The notes: generated by a model not told the origin, from the letters alone. Shown: positions 38,186 to 50,443, numbered from the stretch's first letter. The stretch is 64,000 nt of DNA from Blastocatellia bacterium (GCA_033763135.1 JANRKY010000047.1:4210-68209), one strand, 5' to 3'. Numbers and translations: made by a program.

Positions 38186-39061
38186 TTATGGTTTATCGAC
38201 TGCGTCGGCCGGTTTGTTGACGTTCTCGGCCTTGAAGGCCTTCTCTTCGAGTTGGACGTTGAAGACCGACTCGACGACCTTTCGCTCCTCGACGATCTTG
38301 TCGTCCTGATAGACCACGGTCTCGTAGGGGACCAGCGTATTCTGGATCCAGCGGAAATTCTTGAAATAGAGCCGGTATTTGACGGGCGCGGCGTCCGGGG
38401 TCGGCTTCTCCTCATAGCTGAGATAGATGACGTGGCCCGATTTTCTGCTGACCTCGTACCGGGTGCGGACGCCATCAGGGCTGATCAGGTCGATGAGATC
38501 GAGTTCGAGGGTGGCCAGTTTGTAGGAGCCCGCGTATTCGAGCCTGGCGTTGTTCTCCTTGTAACGAAGGAGGGCTTCATAGCTGTGTTCGTGGGCGGCG
38601 CGGAACCCGCGAACGGCGTCGGCGCTCGGCTCCTGAATCTCGCCGTCGTGGATCGCCCAGGTCTGTTTGCCGTCGAACCCGATGGTGTATTTGGTGCCGG
38701 GCAGTTCGAGTTCGATCATCAGCAGATCTTCCTTGAGGGTCGTCTTGCGGATGAATCGGGTGACGGACTTGCCTTCGCGGGCGCCATCGGGGCCGATGAA
38801 CTTCACCAGCGCGCGGAGGGTCCCGTTGCGCTGCACGCCGTATACGGCCAGCCGGGAGCCGTACGCCAGGAGGGCGCGCTCCACGAGGTCTTCCGGTTTC
38901 GGGGGCGGCGTTTTCTGGGCGTTGGAGGCTTTTCCATCCTGTGCAAAGACCGGCTGCCATGCCGCTGCCGACAAGCAGCAGCAAAAGGCGAGAACGAGGA
39001 GAACCGTATTGGGACGCTGAGCGCGCAGCGTCGACTTCTTTACCAGCATTTGATTTGACAC
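38186..39061 (-). CDS. Hypothetical secreted protein, LolA/lipoprotein-sorting-like fold
   Basis: Signal peptide; GFDGKQTW, F.NFR...LVPYE, FNVQLEEKAF motifs. Confidence 0.7.
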   Translation of the reverse strand: MSNQMLVKKSTLRAQRPNTVLLVLAFCCCLSAAAWQPVFAQDGKASNAQKTPPPKPEDLVERALLAYGSRLAVYGVQRNGTLRALVKFIGPDGAREGKSVTRFIRKTTLKEDLLMIELELPGTKYTIGFDGKQTWAIHDGEIQEPSADAVRGFRAAHEHSYEALLRYKENNARLEYAGSYKLATLELDLIDLISPDGVRTRYEVSRKSGHVIYLSYEEKPTPDAAPVKYRLYFKNFRWIQNTLVPYETVVYQDDKIVEERKVVESVFNVQLEEKAFKAENVNKPADAVDKP

Positions 39062-39348
39062 CTTCCCACGTGAATCCTACACTTCACAGTTTAATTTTCG
39101 GGAATCATAACTCACAGGGCGCGACAGTTGCCAGCGACGCATGACGAGCGGGGGATTTTCGTCCCTCGATTCCCAGGGAGCCGGCCCGCGAGTGTATCGC
39201 GCCGGAAGGAACGGCGCCAGGGGCACTTTCTTGCAGTGCGACGCGGGGCGTCCGCGTCGCGGTTCATAATCGTCCTCATCTTTGATTTTAAACGAATGAT
39301 TCAACACGGGCGTGGAGCCCGCGGTGCACAGACAGAAGGAGTCAAGAA

Positions 39349-40460
<1,112 letters not shown>

Positions 40461-40461
<1 letters not shown>

Positions 40462-40575
40462 GAACGACGCGGCGAGGGGGCGACGCGGCGACGCGGCGAG
40501 GGAGTTCCGATGATTCGGATGACGACTCTTTCGCCGTGGCGCCGCGTCGCCGCGTCGCTCCTTTGCCGTGTCGCT
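40461..40575. repeat. GACGCGGC octamer tandem-repeat palindrome
   Basis: AAGAACGACGCGGCGAGGGGG is shared with the copy at 30081; inverted arm TCGCCGTGGCGCCGCGTCGCCGCGTCGC. Confidence 0.78.
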
Positions 40576-40771
40576 CCTTCGCCACGGTTCCCGCAAGCCA
40601 TTCGGGAGATTGAGTTTCCACTTGCCAGCGTCCGGCAAAAGCCTTACCATCTGCGGGCCTTCAACTGCGAGCGCAGTCTCCCGAACGCTGCGCCGGCTCA
40701 AAGTTTCAGACACATCGGCTTTGAGCGACAATCTTGAGATCCAAAAGCATTCCAACCTCCTGGAGAGGCAT

Positions 40772-41881
<1,110 letters not shown>

Positions 41882-41883
41882 TC

Positions 41884-42024
41884 GGTAGTCGGTAGCCGGT
41901 AGCCGGTTGTCGGGCAACGGCTCCCCTGAAGAACACGAGAACCGCGACGTTAAATGTGAGATTGAACCGGCTACCGACTACTGGCAACTGACAACCGGCA
42001 ACCGACAACCGGCTACCGGCTACT
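41884..42024. repeat. GGTAGCC / CAACCGG heptamer tandem-repeat palindrome
   Basis: GGTAGTCGGTAGCCGGTAGCCGGTTGTCGG ... CCGACAACCGGCTACCGGCTAC. Confidence 0.78.
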
Positions 42025-42170
42025 GATCGATATTTGCCTGCTGAATAAGCCATCCCGCGAGCCCCACACGAAGCTCGACTTCCTCGACGGCTGCCCCGAA
42101 AGCTCGTTACCCCCTGGAAGCCCGATTCAATCCGAAAATGATAAGTGGATCCCTGTAAGTAGGTGCTGTT

Positions 42171-45100
42171 ATGAAAAAGTGGACAACGATTATCTTTGCC
42201 TGGGTGGCAGTGATTGCGCTGTTGCTGATAGTTGCGCGTTTTATGTTGCCGATGATGGGGCTGGCGGGCGTGGAGGGAGAATATGTCCAGCCGCTGGTGC
42301 GATTGATGCCGGCGTCGATTACGATGCTGGTGGGGTCGATTGCGATGATCGTGTTCGATCTGCGCCGGCAGGCGAAGTTTGTGGACGTCAGGCCGAAGCG
42401 GTTGGTGGATGAGGCAGAGGGGTGGAGCAGCGATTTTGTGGTGGGAGAGGGAGATATGAGCCGCCGGGTCAACTGGCAGCCGCTGGCGAGCATGGAGCCG
42501 GAAGGGCGTCGGAAGAACGGGAACGGAAATGGGGCGGGGGCGAAGGCGGGGAGGTCGGCGCGGGTGATTCCGGAGAGAAAGGGCGTTGTGGAGGAGGTTC
42601 GCGCGGAGTCGGTTTCGGCGGGCGCAGCGGGGCGGGGCGGCGAGCAGGTCGTCGAGGTCGTGTACGCGGAGCCGGTGGAGGAGTCGTTCGAGATGCCGGA
42701 GCGGGCGGCGGAGGCGGAGGTCGTAGATTGCGTGGTCGTGGCGAGGAGCGAGGATCAGATGGAGTTCTCGCCGGCGGAGGAGCAGGGCGAGGGCGTCGAT
42801 GTGGTCGAGTTGGAGGCGATGCCGGTCGTGGAGCGGCGGCCGTTGCGCGTGACGGTGGATCTGCCGGAAGAGCCGGCGATTCCCGAGGAGGTTTCGGCGG
42901 CGGGCGCGCCGGGCGTCGAAGCGGAACAAGAGGCGGATCAAGCGGAGAGGGCCGTTGTGAGCCAGGAGGTGGTGGCGCGCTACCGGCATCTGGTTGATGC
43001 GGCGCAGTCGTCCGCGACCTCGCTCAATCAGCTTCCGCCGCCGTTGCCGGAGTTCACGGGGCGCGAGTTCGAGCTGGAAGAGTTCGTGGCGGAACACAAT
43101 CGGTTTCAGACGCGGTTGCTGGGAATGCAGGGACTGGGCGGCGTCGGAAAGACGACGCTGGCGCTGAAACTGGCCGACCAGTTGAAGGAGCAGTATCCGG
43201 ATGCGCAGTTCTATCTCGACCTGAAGGGGGCGAGTCCGCTGCCGTTGCCGGTTGCGGAGGCGCAGGCGCACATCATTCGCGCGTACCTGCCCACGGTTCG
43301 CCTGCCGGAGAGCGAAGCGGAATTGAATCATCTGTACCGGTCGCTGCTGCTGGACAAGCGGGTGCTGCTGCTGCTGGATAATGCAGTCAACACGCAGCAG
43401 GTGCAGGGACTGGTCGCGCCGGGCGAATGCCTGACGATCATCACCTCGCGGCAGCCGGTGCTTCTGCCCGGCATGTTCTCGCGCCAGTTGGAGGGGCTGC
43501 CGGCTCCGGAGGCGCGGGAGATTCTCCAGCGGCTGGCGCCGCGAGTGGGGGCGCTGGCGGATCGGGTTGCGGAATTGTGCGGGTATCTGCCGCTTGCGCT
43601 GCGTCTGGCGGCGAGCACGCTGGCCTTTGAGCCGTCGTTGCGGGTGGAGGAGTATGTCGACCGGCTCGGAGAACTCAAGCAGACGGAGCGGCTCCGCCAT
43701 CCGGTCGATGCCGTGGTCACCCTGGCGTACGACCTGCTGGCGCCGTCGCTGCAGAAGCTCTGGCGGTTGCTGGCCGTCTTCTCCGACACCTTCGATGGAA
43801 GCGCGGCGGCCTCGATCTGGACGCTCAATCCGGCGCACGCGGAGACGGCGCTCGATCGGCTTCTGGCCGGAAGCCTGATTGAACGAAATCGCGCCTCGGG
43901 GCGATATCGTCTGCACGACCTGATGTCGGCTTTCGCCGAGACCCGGCTGACGGAGGAGGAGCGGGCCCTCGCCTGCCAGCGCCATTCCGCCCATTACCAG
44001 AGCGTGCTGCACGAGGCCGATGCGCTCTACGAACAGGGCGGCGACCTGTTCAAGCTCGGTCTGGATCTGGTCGATATGGAATGGATGAATATTCAATCCG
44101 GGCAGGTCTGGGCGGCGTCGAATATGACCCGGGACCGCGCGGCCTGCGAACTCTGCAACTCCTATCCCGATGCCGGCAAATTTGTGCTCGACCTCCGGCA
44201 GCATCCGCGCGAGCGCATCCGCTGGAGCGAGGCGGCCCTGGAGGCCGCGCAGCGGATGAATCGGAGCAAGTCGAGCGCGCGTCATCTGATCGGGCTGGGA
44301 GATTCCTATATCGCACTCAGCGAAGTTCACCATGCCATCGAGTTTTACGAGCGGGGATTGAAGCTCGCGAGCGGCGCGAAGGACCGGCGCGCCGAAGCCG
44401 AGAGTTTGAGCGGCCTCGGGAATGCCTATTATCTGGGCGGGGGGCTCGGGCGGGCCCGGGAGGTTCACGAGAAGGCGATGGAGCTGTTCGCGGCGCTCGG
44501 GGACCGGCGCGGCGTCGCCGATTCGCTCGGAAATCTGGGCATGGCCCACTACGCGATGGGGGAAGTCCGCAAGGCCGCCGATCTCTTTGCGCGGCAATTG
44601 AAGGCGGCGCGGGAGAGCGGCGACCGGCGCAACGAGTCGATCGCGCTCGGCGGACTAGGGCTGACGCAATATGTGATGGGAGATTCCCGGCGGGCTGCGG
44701 AGCTGTTCAATCAGCAGCTTGCGATCACGCGGGAGATCGGCGATCGGCGCGGCGAGGCCGTGGCGCTGAGCAATCTCGGAAACGCCTGCGCGACGCTCGA
44801 ATACACGCAGCAGGCCATTGCCTATCACGAGCAGGCGCTGACGATCGCCCGCGAGATGAGCGATCGCCGCGCCGAAGCGACCGCGCTCGGGGGACTGGGC
44901 GTGGCGGAGTATCTGGCGAAGAACGTGGCCCGCTCCGTCGAACTGCTCGAATCGCAGTTGAAGCTCACGCGCGAGATCGGCGACCGGCGGGGCGAAGCGA
45001 TCGCGCTCGGCAACCTTGGCGAAGCGCGCATCGCCTCGGGCGATGCGGCCGCCGCGATCGAGCCGCTCAAGCAGGCCTTTCAGGTCGCCAGCCAGATCGG

Positions 45101-45272
45101 GGACGTTCAGGCGCAGGGCAACGCGCTCTTCCATCTGGCGATTGCGCTCGACGACCTCGGCGAGCGCAAACAGGCGATCCGGCAGGCCGAGTCCGCGCTC
45201 GAACTCTTCCGCGTCGAGGGCCATCCCAGTGCCGACCTCGTGAAGAGACAGCTCGACTCCTGGCGGGGATGA
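42171..45272 (+). CDS. Membrane-anchored NB-ARC (STAND) NTPase with C-terminal TPR array
   Basis: Two N-terminal TM helices, Glu/Val-rich linker, FTGRE, GLGGVGKT, LLLLDN, ITSR, CGYLPLAL, LHDL motifs, and about 7 GDRRGEA-type TPRs. Confidence 0.88.
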   Translation: MKKWTTIIFAWVAVIALLLIVARFMLPMMGLAGVEGEYVQPLVRLMPASITMLVGSIAMIVFDLRRQAKFVDVRPKRLVDEAEGWSSDFVVGEGDMSRRVNWQPLASMEPEGRRKNGNGNGAGAKAGRSARVIPERKGVVEEVRAESVSAGAAGRGGEQVVEVVYAEPVEESFEMPERAAEAEVVDCVVVARSEDQMEFSPAEEQGEGVDVVELEAMPVVERRPLRVTVDLPEEPAIPEEVSAAGAPGVEAEQEADQAERAVVSQEVVARYRHLVDAAQSSATSLNQLPPPLPEFTGREFELEEFVAEHNRFQTRLLGMQGLGGVGKTTLALKLADQLKEQYPDAQFYLDLKGASPLPLPVAEAQAHIIRAYLPTVRLPESEAELNHLYRSLLLDKRVLLLLDNAVNTQQVQGLVAPGECLTIITSRQPVLLPGMFSRQLEGLPAPEAREILQRLAPRVGALADRVAELCGYLPLALRLAASTLAFEPSLRVEEYVDRLGELKQTERLRHPVDAVVTLAYDLLAPSLQKLWRLLAVFSDTFDGSAAASIWTLNPAHAETALDRLLAGSLIERNRASGRYRLHDLMSAFAETRLTEEERALACQRHSAHYQSVLHEADALYEQGGDLFKLGLDLVDMEWMNIQSGQVWAASNMTRDRAACELCNSYPDAGKFVLDLRQHPRERIRWSEAALEAAQRMNRSKSSARHLIGLGDSYIALSEVHHAIEFYERGLKLASGAKDRRAEAESLSGLGNAYYLGGGLGRAREVHEKAMELFAALGDRRGVADSLGNLGMAHYAMGEVRKAADLFARQLKAARESGDRRNESIALGGLGLTQYVMGDSRRAAELFNQQLAITREIGDRRGEAVALSNLGNACATLEYTQQAIAYHEQALTIAREMSDRRAEATALGGLGVAEYLAKNVARSVELLESQLKLTREIGDRRGEAIALGNLGEARIASGDAAAAIEPLKQAFQVASQIGDVQAQGNALFHLAIALDDLGERKQAIRQAESALELFRVEGHPSADLVKRQLDSWRG

Positions 45273-45312
45273 GGCGACGCATTCGCCAAGCGTCCGCCGA
45301 TACAATTGTTCG

Positions 45313-45662
45313 GGATGGGGAGCGAAAAAGAAGGGGTGTGCAAGGGCAACCGCTTGGCCGTAAACGGGGCTTCATTTGAACCTGTCTGTAACAGGTGGGT
45401 GACCTTGAAAAGCCCTGCGGCGTAAGAGATTCGCGCGTTGGCGATCGTGCTTGCCGACAGGAAGCATCGGCCTCCCGATCAAACGAATTGGCTCAAATAG
45501 AAGTGCCGCCGCCTACTAACGTCGCAGTCGCCCTGCAACGATCGGTATGCTAGCCGAGGGGGTAGACCCGGTCAATACCCTTAATCAAAATCTTTTCCGC
45601 GCGTCGGAAGAGGCGACCGCTTGACCGGCTCTGGTGGGTTGGTTATCCTTTCTTCTTTTTCG
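45313..45662 (+). ncRNA. Candidate structured non-coding RNA, family not recognised
   Basis: TACAAT -10 box at 45301; 11-bp terminal helix 45323-45333/45652-45662; nested helices and a possible pseudoknot; no ORF. Confidence 0.55.
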
Positions 45663-45825
45663 ATATGAGAAAGTTTCCGCTGGCGTCAGCCGGAGGGCGT
45701 GCGTTGGTCAGCGGCAAGCGAGAGAGAGAATGAAAGGGGCCGGGGTTCTGCCTGCGGGCGGAATTCCGAACGATTTCGAGGCGTAGTTCAGGTCGGATTG
45801 CGACGCCCGGAAAGAATGAAAATCT

Positions 45826-45899
45826 CATCCACGAAGACACACGAAGAAACACGAAGACGATGCTTCCCTTCGTGTTTCTTCGTGTAACTTCGTGGATGA
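45826..45899. repeat. CACGAAG tandem-repeat palindrome
   Basis: CATCCACGAAGACACACGAAGAAACACGAAG...CTTCGTGTTTCTTCGTGTAACTTCGTGGATG. Confidence 0.8.
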
Positions 45900-45922
45900 T
45901 TTCCTGAGGAGAGTTTTTCAGC

Positions 45923-46486
45923 ATGGCCATCAAGGCGAATCAAATTCGGAAGGGCATGATCCTGATTCATAATGGGGTGCCGCATAGAGTCATCGAGTTT
46001 CATCATCACACGCCGGGGAATCTGCGAGCGATGGTGCAGACGCGGATGCGGAATCTGAAGAGCGGCAGCACGCTGGAGCACCGGTTCAGCTCGACCGAGG
46101 CGGTGGACCGGGCGGTTCTCGATGAGCAGGAGATGACCTATCTCTATCCCGAGGGCGACACCTATTATTTCATGAACACCGAGACGTATGAGCAGATTGG
46201 ATTGAGCGCGGAGGAGCTGGGAGACAGCATCGGCTATCTGCTTGCGGACACGGTGATCAAGGTGGAGTTTTACGAGGGAGCGCCGATCGGCATCGAGATT
46301 CCGCTGGTGGTGGAACTGGTGGTGGTGGAGACGGAGCCCGAGATCAAGGGGGCGACGGTGAGCAACGTCGGCAAGCAGGCGAAGCTCGAAACGGGGATCA
46401 CGATTCAGGTGCCCGCCTTCATCAAGGAGGGGGAGAAGATCCGGGTGGATACGACCGAGGGACGGTACATCGAGCGCGCGAAATAG
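45923..46486 (+). CDS. efp: Elongation factor P
   Basis: IRKGM, PG loop, [39 protein letters not shown]. Confidence 0.95.
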   Translation: MAIKANQIRKGMILIHNGVPHRVIEFHHHTPGNLRAMVQTRMRNLKSGSTLEHRFSSTEAVDRAVLDEQEMTYLYPEGDTYYFMNTETYEQIGLSAEELGDSIGYLLADTVIKVEFYEGAPIGIEIPLVVELVVVETEPEIKGATVSNVGKQAKLETGITIQVPAFIKEGEKIRVDTTEGRYIERAK

Positions 46487-46510
46487 TCGCTCGCGGATCG
46501 ATCATGGAAG

Positions 46511-46563
46511 AGCCCGTGGACGGCGCGCGTTGAGCGCGCTGTCCACGGGCTTTTGTCTTTTTT
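46511..46563 (+). terminator. Rho-independent terminator after efp
   Basis: AGCCCGTGGACGGCGCGC-GTTGA-GCGCGCTGTCCACGGGCT followed by a T-tract. Confidence 0.8.
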
Positions 46564-46663
46564 GCGAATCTTCATTCGATTTCCGGCGGAGCTTGGATAC
46601 AATGCCGACGCTCCGCCTGTGGGGGATGGATTGAGTGCGGGGGTCGAAACGGTAGCTTCCACC

Positions 46664-48346
46664 ATGAACAAAATCGTCGAATGCATTCCGAATTTCAGTG
46701 AGGGGCGGGATGAGGCCAAGCTGGGGCTGATTGCGCGGGCGATCGCCTCGATCCCGAATGTGGCGGTGCTGGATCTGCACATGGACGGCGATCACAATCG
46801 ATCGGTGATTACGTTTGCGGGCGATCCGGAGGGGGTGGTGGAGGCGGCGGTGCGTGCGGCGGAGACGGCGGTGGAGCTGATCGATCTGAACCAGCATCTC
46901 GGGGAGCATCCGCGAATCGGCGCGCTGGACGTGTTGCCGTTTGTGCCGATCCGGGGGGTGACGATGACGGATTGCGTCGCGCTGGCGCGGCGGGCGGGAG
47001 AGCGGATTGCGCGGACGCTGCGGATTCCCGTCTATCTGTATGAGGCGGCGGCGATGCGGCCGGATCGGGAGGATCTGGCCAACATTCGGCGGGGCGAGTT
47101 CGAGTCGCTGCGGCGGGAGATCGAGGAGTTGCCCGATCGCGCGCCCGATTTTGGCGAGCGGCGCGTTCATCCGACGGCAGGCGCGATGGCGATCGGGGCG
47201 CGGCCGCCGCTGATTGCGTACAACATCAATCTCGCAACCGAGGATCTGTCCGTCGCGAAGCGGATCGCGCGGGCGGTTCGCGGGAGCAGCGGCGGGCTGC
47301 AGTATGTCAAGGCGCTGGCGATGGACCTGAAGAACCGGCGCCAGGTGCAGGTCTCGATGAACCTGACCGATTATGAGTTGACGCCGCTCTTTCGGGTCTT
47401 TGAGATGGTTCGGCGGGAGGCCGACCGCTATGGGGTGAGGGTCGCGGGGAGCGAACTGGTCGGGTTGATTCCGCAGGCGGCGCTCAATGCGTGCACCGAC
47501 TTCTATCTGCGATTCGAGAACTTCAGCGAGGATTCGGTTCTGGAGAACCGGCTGCAGGCGGAGCTGGATGCGTTCCGCGCGGCGCCGTTTTCCGGGCGGC
47601 CGGCGCTGGAAGAGCGCCGGCCGATGGCCCGGCCGCTGCCACTGACGGAGCCGGTCGGCGTCGTGGAAGAGGAAGAGGCGCCGGAAGAGATGGCGGAAGG
47701 GGAAGAGGAGGCAGGTTCCGTCGCGATGGACGGGACGCCGATTGCGACCTATGCCGATGTCATCGCATCGGGGGCGCAGACGCCCGATGGGGTGTCGATC
47801 GCCGCGTACGCCGGCGCGTTGGCGGCGTCGCTTGGGGGGATGCTCTGCAATCTGACGATCGGCCAGCGGCCCGCGGCTGAGAAGGAGGCGAGCGCCATGC
47901 TCGACCAGCTCGATGAGCTGCGAACCGATCTGTACCGTGCCATTAACGAAGACGCCGAGACGCGCGAACTCGTACTTGATGCGATCTCGCTCTCGCAGGA
48001 GTCGGAGGGAGAGATTCTCGCCCGGACCTTTGCGATCGAGCAGGCGACGAAGAATGCCGTCGCGATTCCGCTGCGCGTCGCCGAGAACGCCGTCGAGGTG
48101 TTGGAGCTGCTGAAAGAACTGACGGAGATCTGCAATCCCAGCGGGCTGGCGGATCTGGCGACCGGGGCCCAGTTGGCGATGGCGGCGATTCGCGGCGCGG
48201 TCTATAACACCTTCGCCAATTTGAGCGCCATACAGGACGAGGATTTCAATCAGGATCGGCGCGGACAGGCGGCGGAGCTCTATACCCGCGGCCGTGCGGT
48301 CACGGACGAGATCGAGGCGTTGTTTTTCCGGGCATTTCCCCGATGA
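46664..48346 (+). CDS. ftcD: Glutamate formimidoyltransferase / cyclodeaminase fusion
   Basis: ECIPNFSEGR, DHNRSV, HPRIGALDV, QVSMNL, SELVGLIP motifs, then a divergent cyclodeaminase domain. Confidence 0.9.
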   Translation: MNKIVECIPNFSEGRDEAKLGLIARAIASIPNVAVLDLHMDGDHNRSVITFAGDPEGVVEAAVRAAETAVELIDLNQHLGEHPRIGALDVLPFVPIRGVTMTDCVALARRAGERIARTLRIPVYLYEAAAMRPDREDLANIRRGEFESLRREIEELPDRAPDFGERRVHPTAGAMAIGARPPLIAYNINLATEDLSVAKRIARAVRGSSGGLQYVKALAMDLKNRRQVQVSMNLTDYELTPLFRVFEMVRREADRYGVRVAGSELVGLIPQAALNACTDFYLRFENFSEDSVLENRLQAELDAFRAAPFSGRPALEERRPMARPLPLTEPVGVVEEEEAPEEMAEGEEEAGSVAMDGTPIATYADVIASGAQTPDGVSIAAYAGALAASLGGMLCNLTIGQRPAAEKEASAMLDQLDELRTDLYRAINEDAETRELVLDAISLSQESEGEILARTFAIEQATKNAVAIPLRVAENAVEVLELLKELTEICNPSGLADLATGAQLAMAAIRGAVYNTFANLSAIQDEDFNQDRRGQAAELYTRGRAVTDEIEALFFRAFPR

Positions 48347-48363
48347 TCTTTTGGGAGGAGACA

Positions 48364-50112
48364 ATGAAGAAGATGAGACGATATCTGTCTGCATTGATTT
48401 GCGTCGTCGTGCTGTGGTCGGCGGTGGTGATTCCGGTGCAGGTGGCGCCGGTTCCTTCGTCGCTGGCGGCGTCCCGTCCGCCGGCGCGCGGAAAGAACGG
48501 GATGGTCGCCTCGGTCAGCGAGATCGCATCGCGCGTGGGAGTGGACGTTCTCAAGCGCGGCGGGAATGCGATCGATGCGGCGGTGGCGGTGGGGCTCGCC
48601 CTGGCAGTGGTCTGGCCGTCGGCGGGCAATCTGGGCGGGGGCGGGTTCATGGTGATCCGACTTGCCGATGGGCGCGCGACGGCGATCGATTATCGCGAGA
48701 TGGGGCCGGCGGCCGCGCACCGCAATGTCTATCTCGACGCCAGGGGCGAATATATCAAGGAGTCCTCGACGTACGGCCATCGGGCCGCGGGGGTTCCGGG
48801 GACGGTGGCGGGGCTCGCGTACGCGCTCGAAAAGTACGGCACGATGAAGTGGGCCGCCGTGGCGGAGCCTTCGCGCCGGCTGGCGGCCAATGGGTTTCCG
48901 GTCTGGTATCAGCTCGAACGCAGTCTGAAGGGAGGCAAGGACGGGCTGTCTCGTTATCCGGAGACCCGGCGCATTTTTCTGCGAAACGGCAATTTCTATG
49001 AGGCGGGCGAGATCTTTCGGCAGCCCGAGCTGGCGGCGGTCTTCGCGCGGATGATCCGGCAGGGGCCGCGCGAATTTTACGAAGGCCGCACGGCGCGTCT
49101 GATCGAGGCGAGCATGCGCAAGGCCGCGCGGGGCGGGCAGCCGTGGATGACGGTCGAGGATCTGAAGAATTACAAGCCGGTCGAGCGCGAGCCGCTGCGC
49201 GCGAGCTATCGGGGGCACGAGATCATCACGATGCCGCCGCCCTCGTCGGGGGGCGTGGCGATGATCGAGATGCTCAACATTCTCGAACGATACGATATGA
49301 AATCGATGGGACCGGCCTCTTCGCAGCATACGCATCTGCTGGTCGAGGCGATGCGGCGGGCGTTCGCTGATCGCGCCGAGTATCTGGGCGATCCCGACTT
49401 CGTCAAGGTGCCGGTTCCGGGGCTGACTTCGCGCAAATACGCCGACGCGCTCGCCGCGACGATCGATCCGCAGCGAGCCTCGACCTCGCAGGCCGTCACG
49501 CACGGCGATCCGCTTCCCTATGAGTCCGAAGAGACGACCCATTTCACCGTGGTCGACAAGTTCGGCAACGTCGTCACGAATACCTACACATTGAACGACA
49601 GCTACGGGAACAAGATCACGGTCGAGGGCGCGGGGTTCCTGCTCAACAACGAGATGGACGATTTTGCGCCGAAGCCGGGATCGCCCAACTTCTATGGACT
49701 GATTCAGGGCGAAGCCAATGCCGTCGCCGCGCGCAAGCGGCCGCTCTCGTCGATGACGCCGACGATTGTTCTCAAGGACGGGAAGCTCTGGTTCGCCGTC
49801 GGCAGTCCGGGCGGTCCGACCATCATCAACACCGTGACGCAGATCATCCTCAACATCGTCGATCACGGAATGAATATTCAGCAGGCCATCGAATGGCCCC
49901 GCGTCCATCATCAGTGGATGCCTGACGCCATCACGTACGAGCCCTATGGACTCTCTTCCGATGTCATGAAGCGCCTTTCCGAGATGGGACACAAGCTGAC
50001 CGATCGCCCGCGATATATGGGCGATGCCGAAGGCATCATGATCGAAGAAAAGACGGGCATCCGTCTGGGCGGAAGCGATCCCCGCCTGGACGGCAAGTCG
50101 GTCGGGTACTGA
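48364..50112 (+). CDS. ggt: Gamma-glutamyltransferase
   Basis: GGNAIDAAVA, IDYRE, PPPSSGG, ETTHF, LNNEMDDF, RPLSSMTP, GSPGG, SDPR motifs. Confidence 0.95.
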   Translation: MKKMRRYLSALICVVVLWSAVVIPVQVAPVPSSLAASRPPARGKNGMVASVSEIASRVGVDVLKRGGNAIDAAVAVGLALAVVWPSAGNLGGGGFMVIRLADGRATAIDYREMGPAAAHRNVYLDARGEYIKESSTYGHRAAGVPGTVAGLAYALEKYGTMKWAAVAEPSRRLAANGFPVWYQLERSLKGGKDGLSRYPETRRIFLRNGNFYEAGEIFRQPELAAVFARMIRQGPREFYEGRTARLIEASMRKAARGGQPWMTVEDLKNYKPVEREPLRASYRGHEIITMPPPSSGGVAMIEMLNILERYDMKSMGPASSQHTHLLVEAMRRAFADRAEYLGDPDFVKVPVPGLTSRKYADALAATIDPQRASTSQAVTHGDPLPYESEETTHFTVVDKFGNVVTNTYTLNDSYGNKITVEGAGFLLNNEMDDFAPKPGSPNFYGLIQGEANAVAARKRPLSSMTPTIVLKDGKLWFAVGSPGGPTIINTVTQIILNIVDHGMNIQQAIEWPRVHHQWMPDAITYEPYGLSSDVMKRLSEMGHKLTDRPRYMGDAEGIMIEEKTGIRLGGSDPRLDGKSVGY

Positions 50113-50124
50113 AAGGAAGCGAGG

Positions 50125-50164
50125 GCGCGAGGCGGCGTTTCGCTGCCTCGCGCCATTTTTCTTA
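50125..50164 (+). terminator. Rho-independent terminator after ggt
   Basis: GGCGCGAGGCGGCG-TTT-CGCTGCCTCGCGCC-ATTTTT. Confidence 0.75.
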
Positions 50165-50443
50165 AGACTGTGTAAAGTTAGAACACTTTGTTCCAATGTC
50201 TGCACGAAAAAGTTACACACCGAAATCCTTCCCCGGAGCGTACGATTTAAATTCACAGCTGGGTTAAGTCGAGCGCTGTCAGCACAGATTAGAGCAGAAA
50301 GAGATCTCCCGAAGAACTGGCACGACCCTTGCGGTAAGGGGTGGAATCCTTACGCGGTCGTCAGCCTTACCAGAGTCCCCCAAGGCGAAATCGGCTTGAG
50401 GGGGCGCTGTCCCGAATGATCGAAATGGGAGGAGATCATCGAA

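Noticed and set aside
45313-45662. tmRNA, RNase P RNA, 6S RNA or group II intron
   Set aside because: No tRNA-like ends, no GAGGAAAGUCC, multi-branched rather than rod-like, and no domain V. Kept as an unknown ncRNA candidate.
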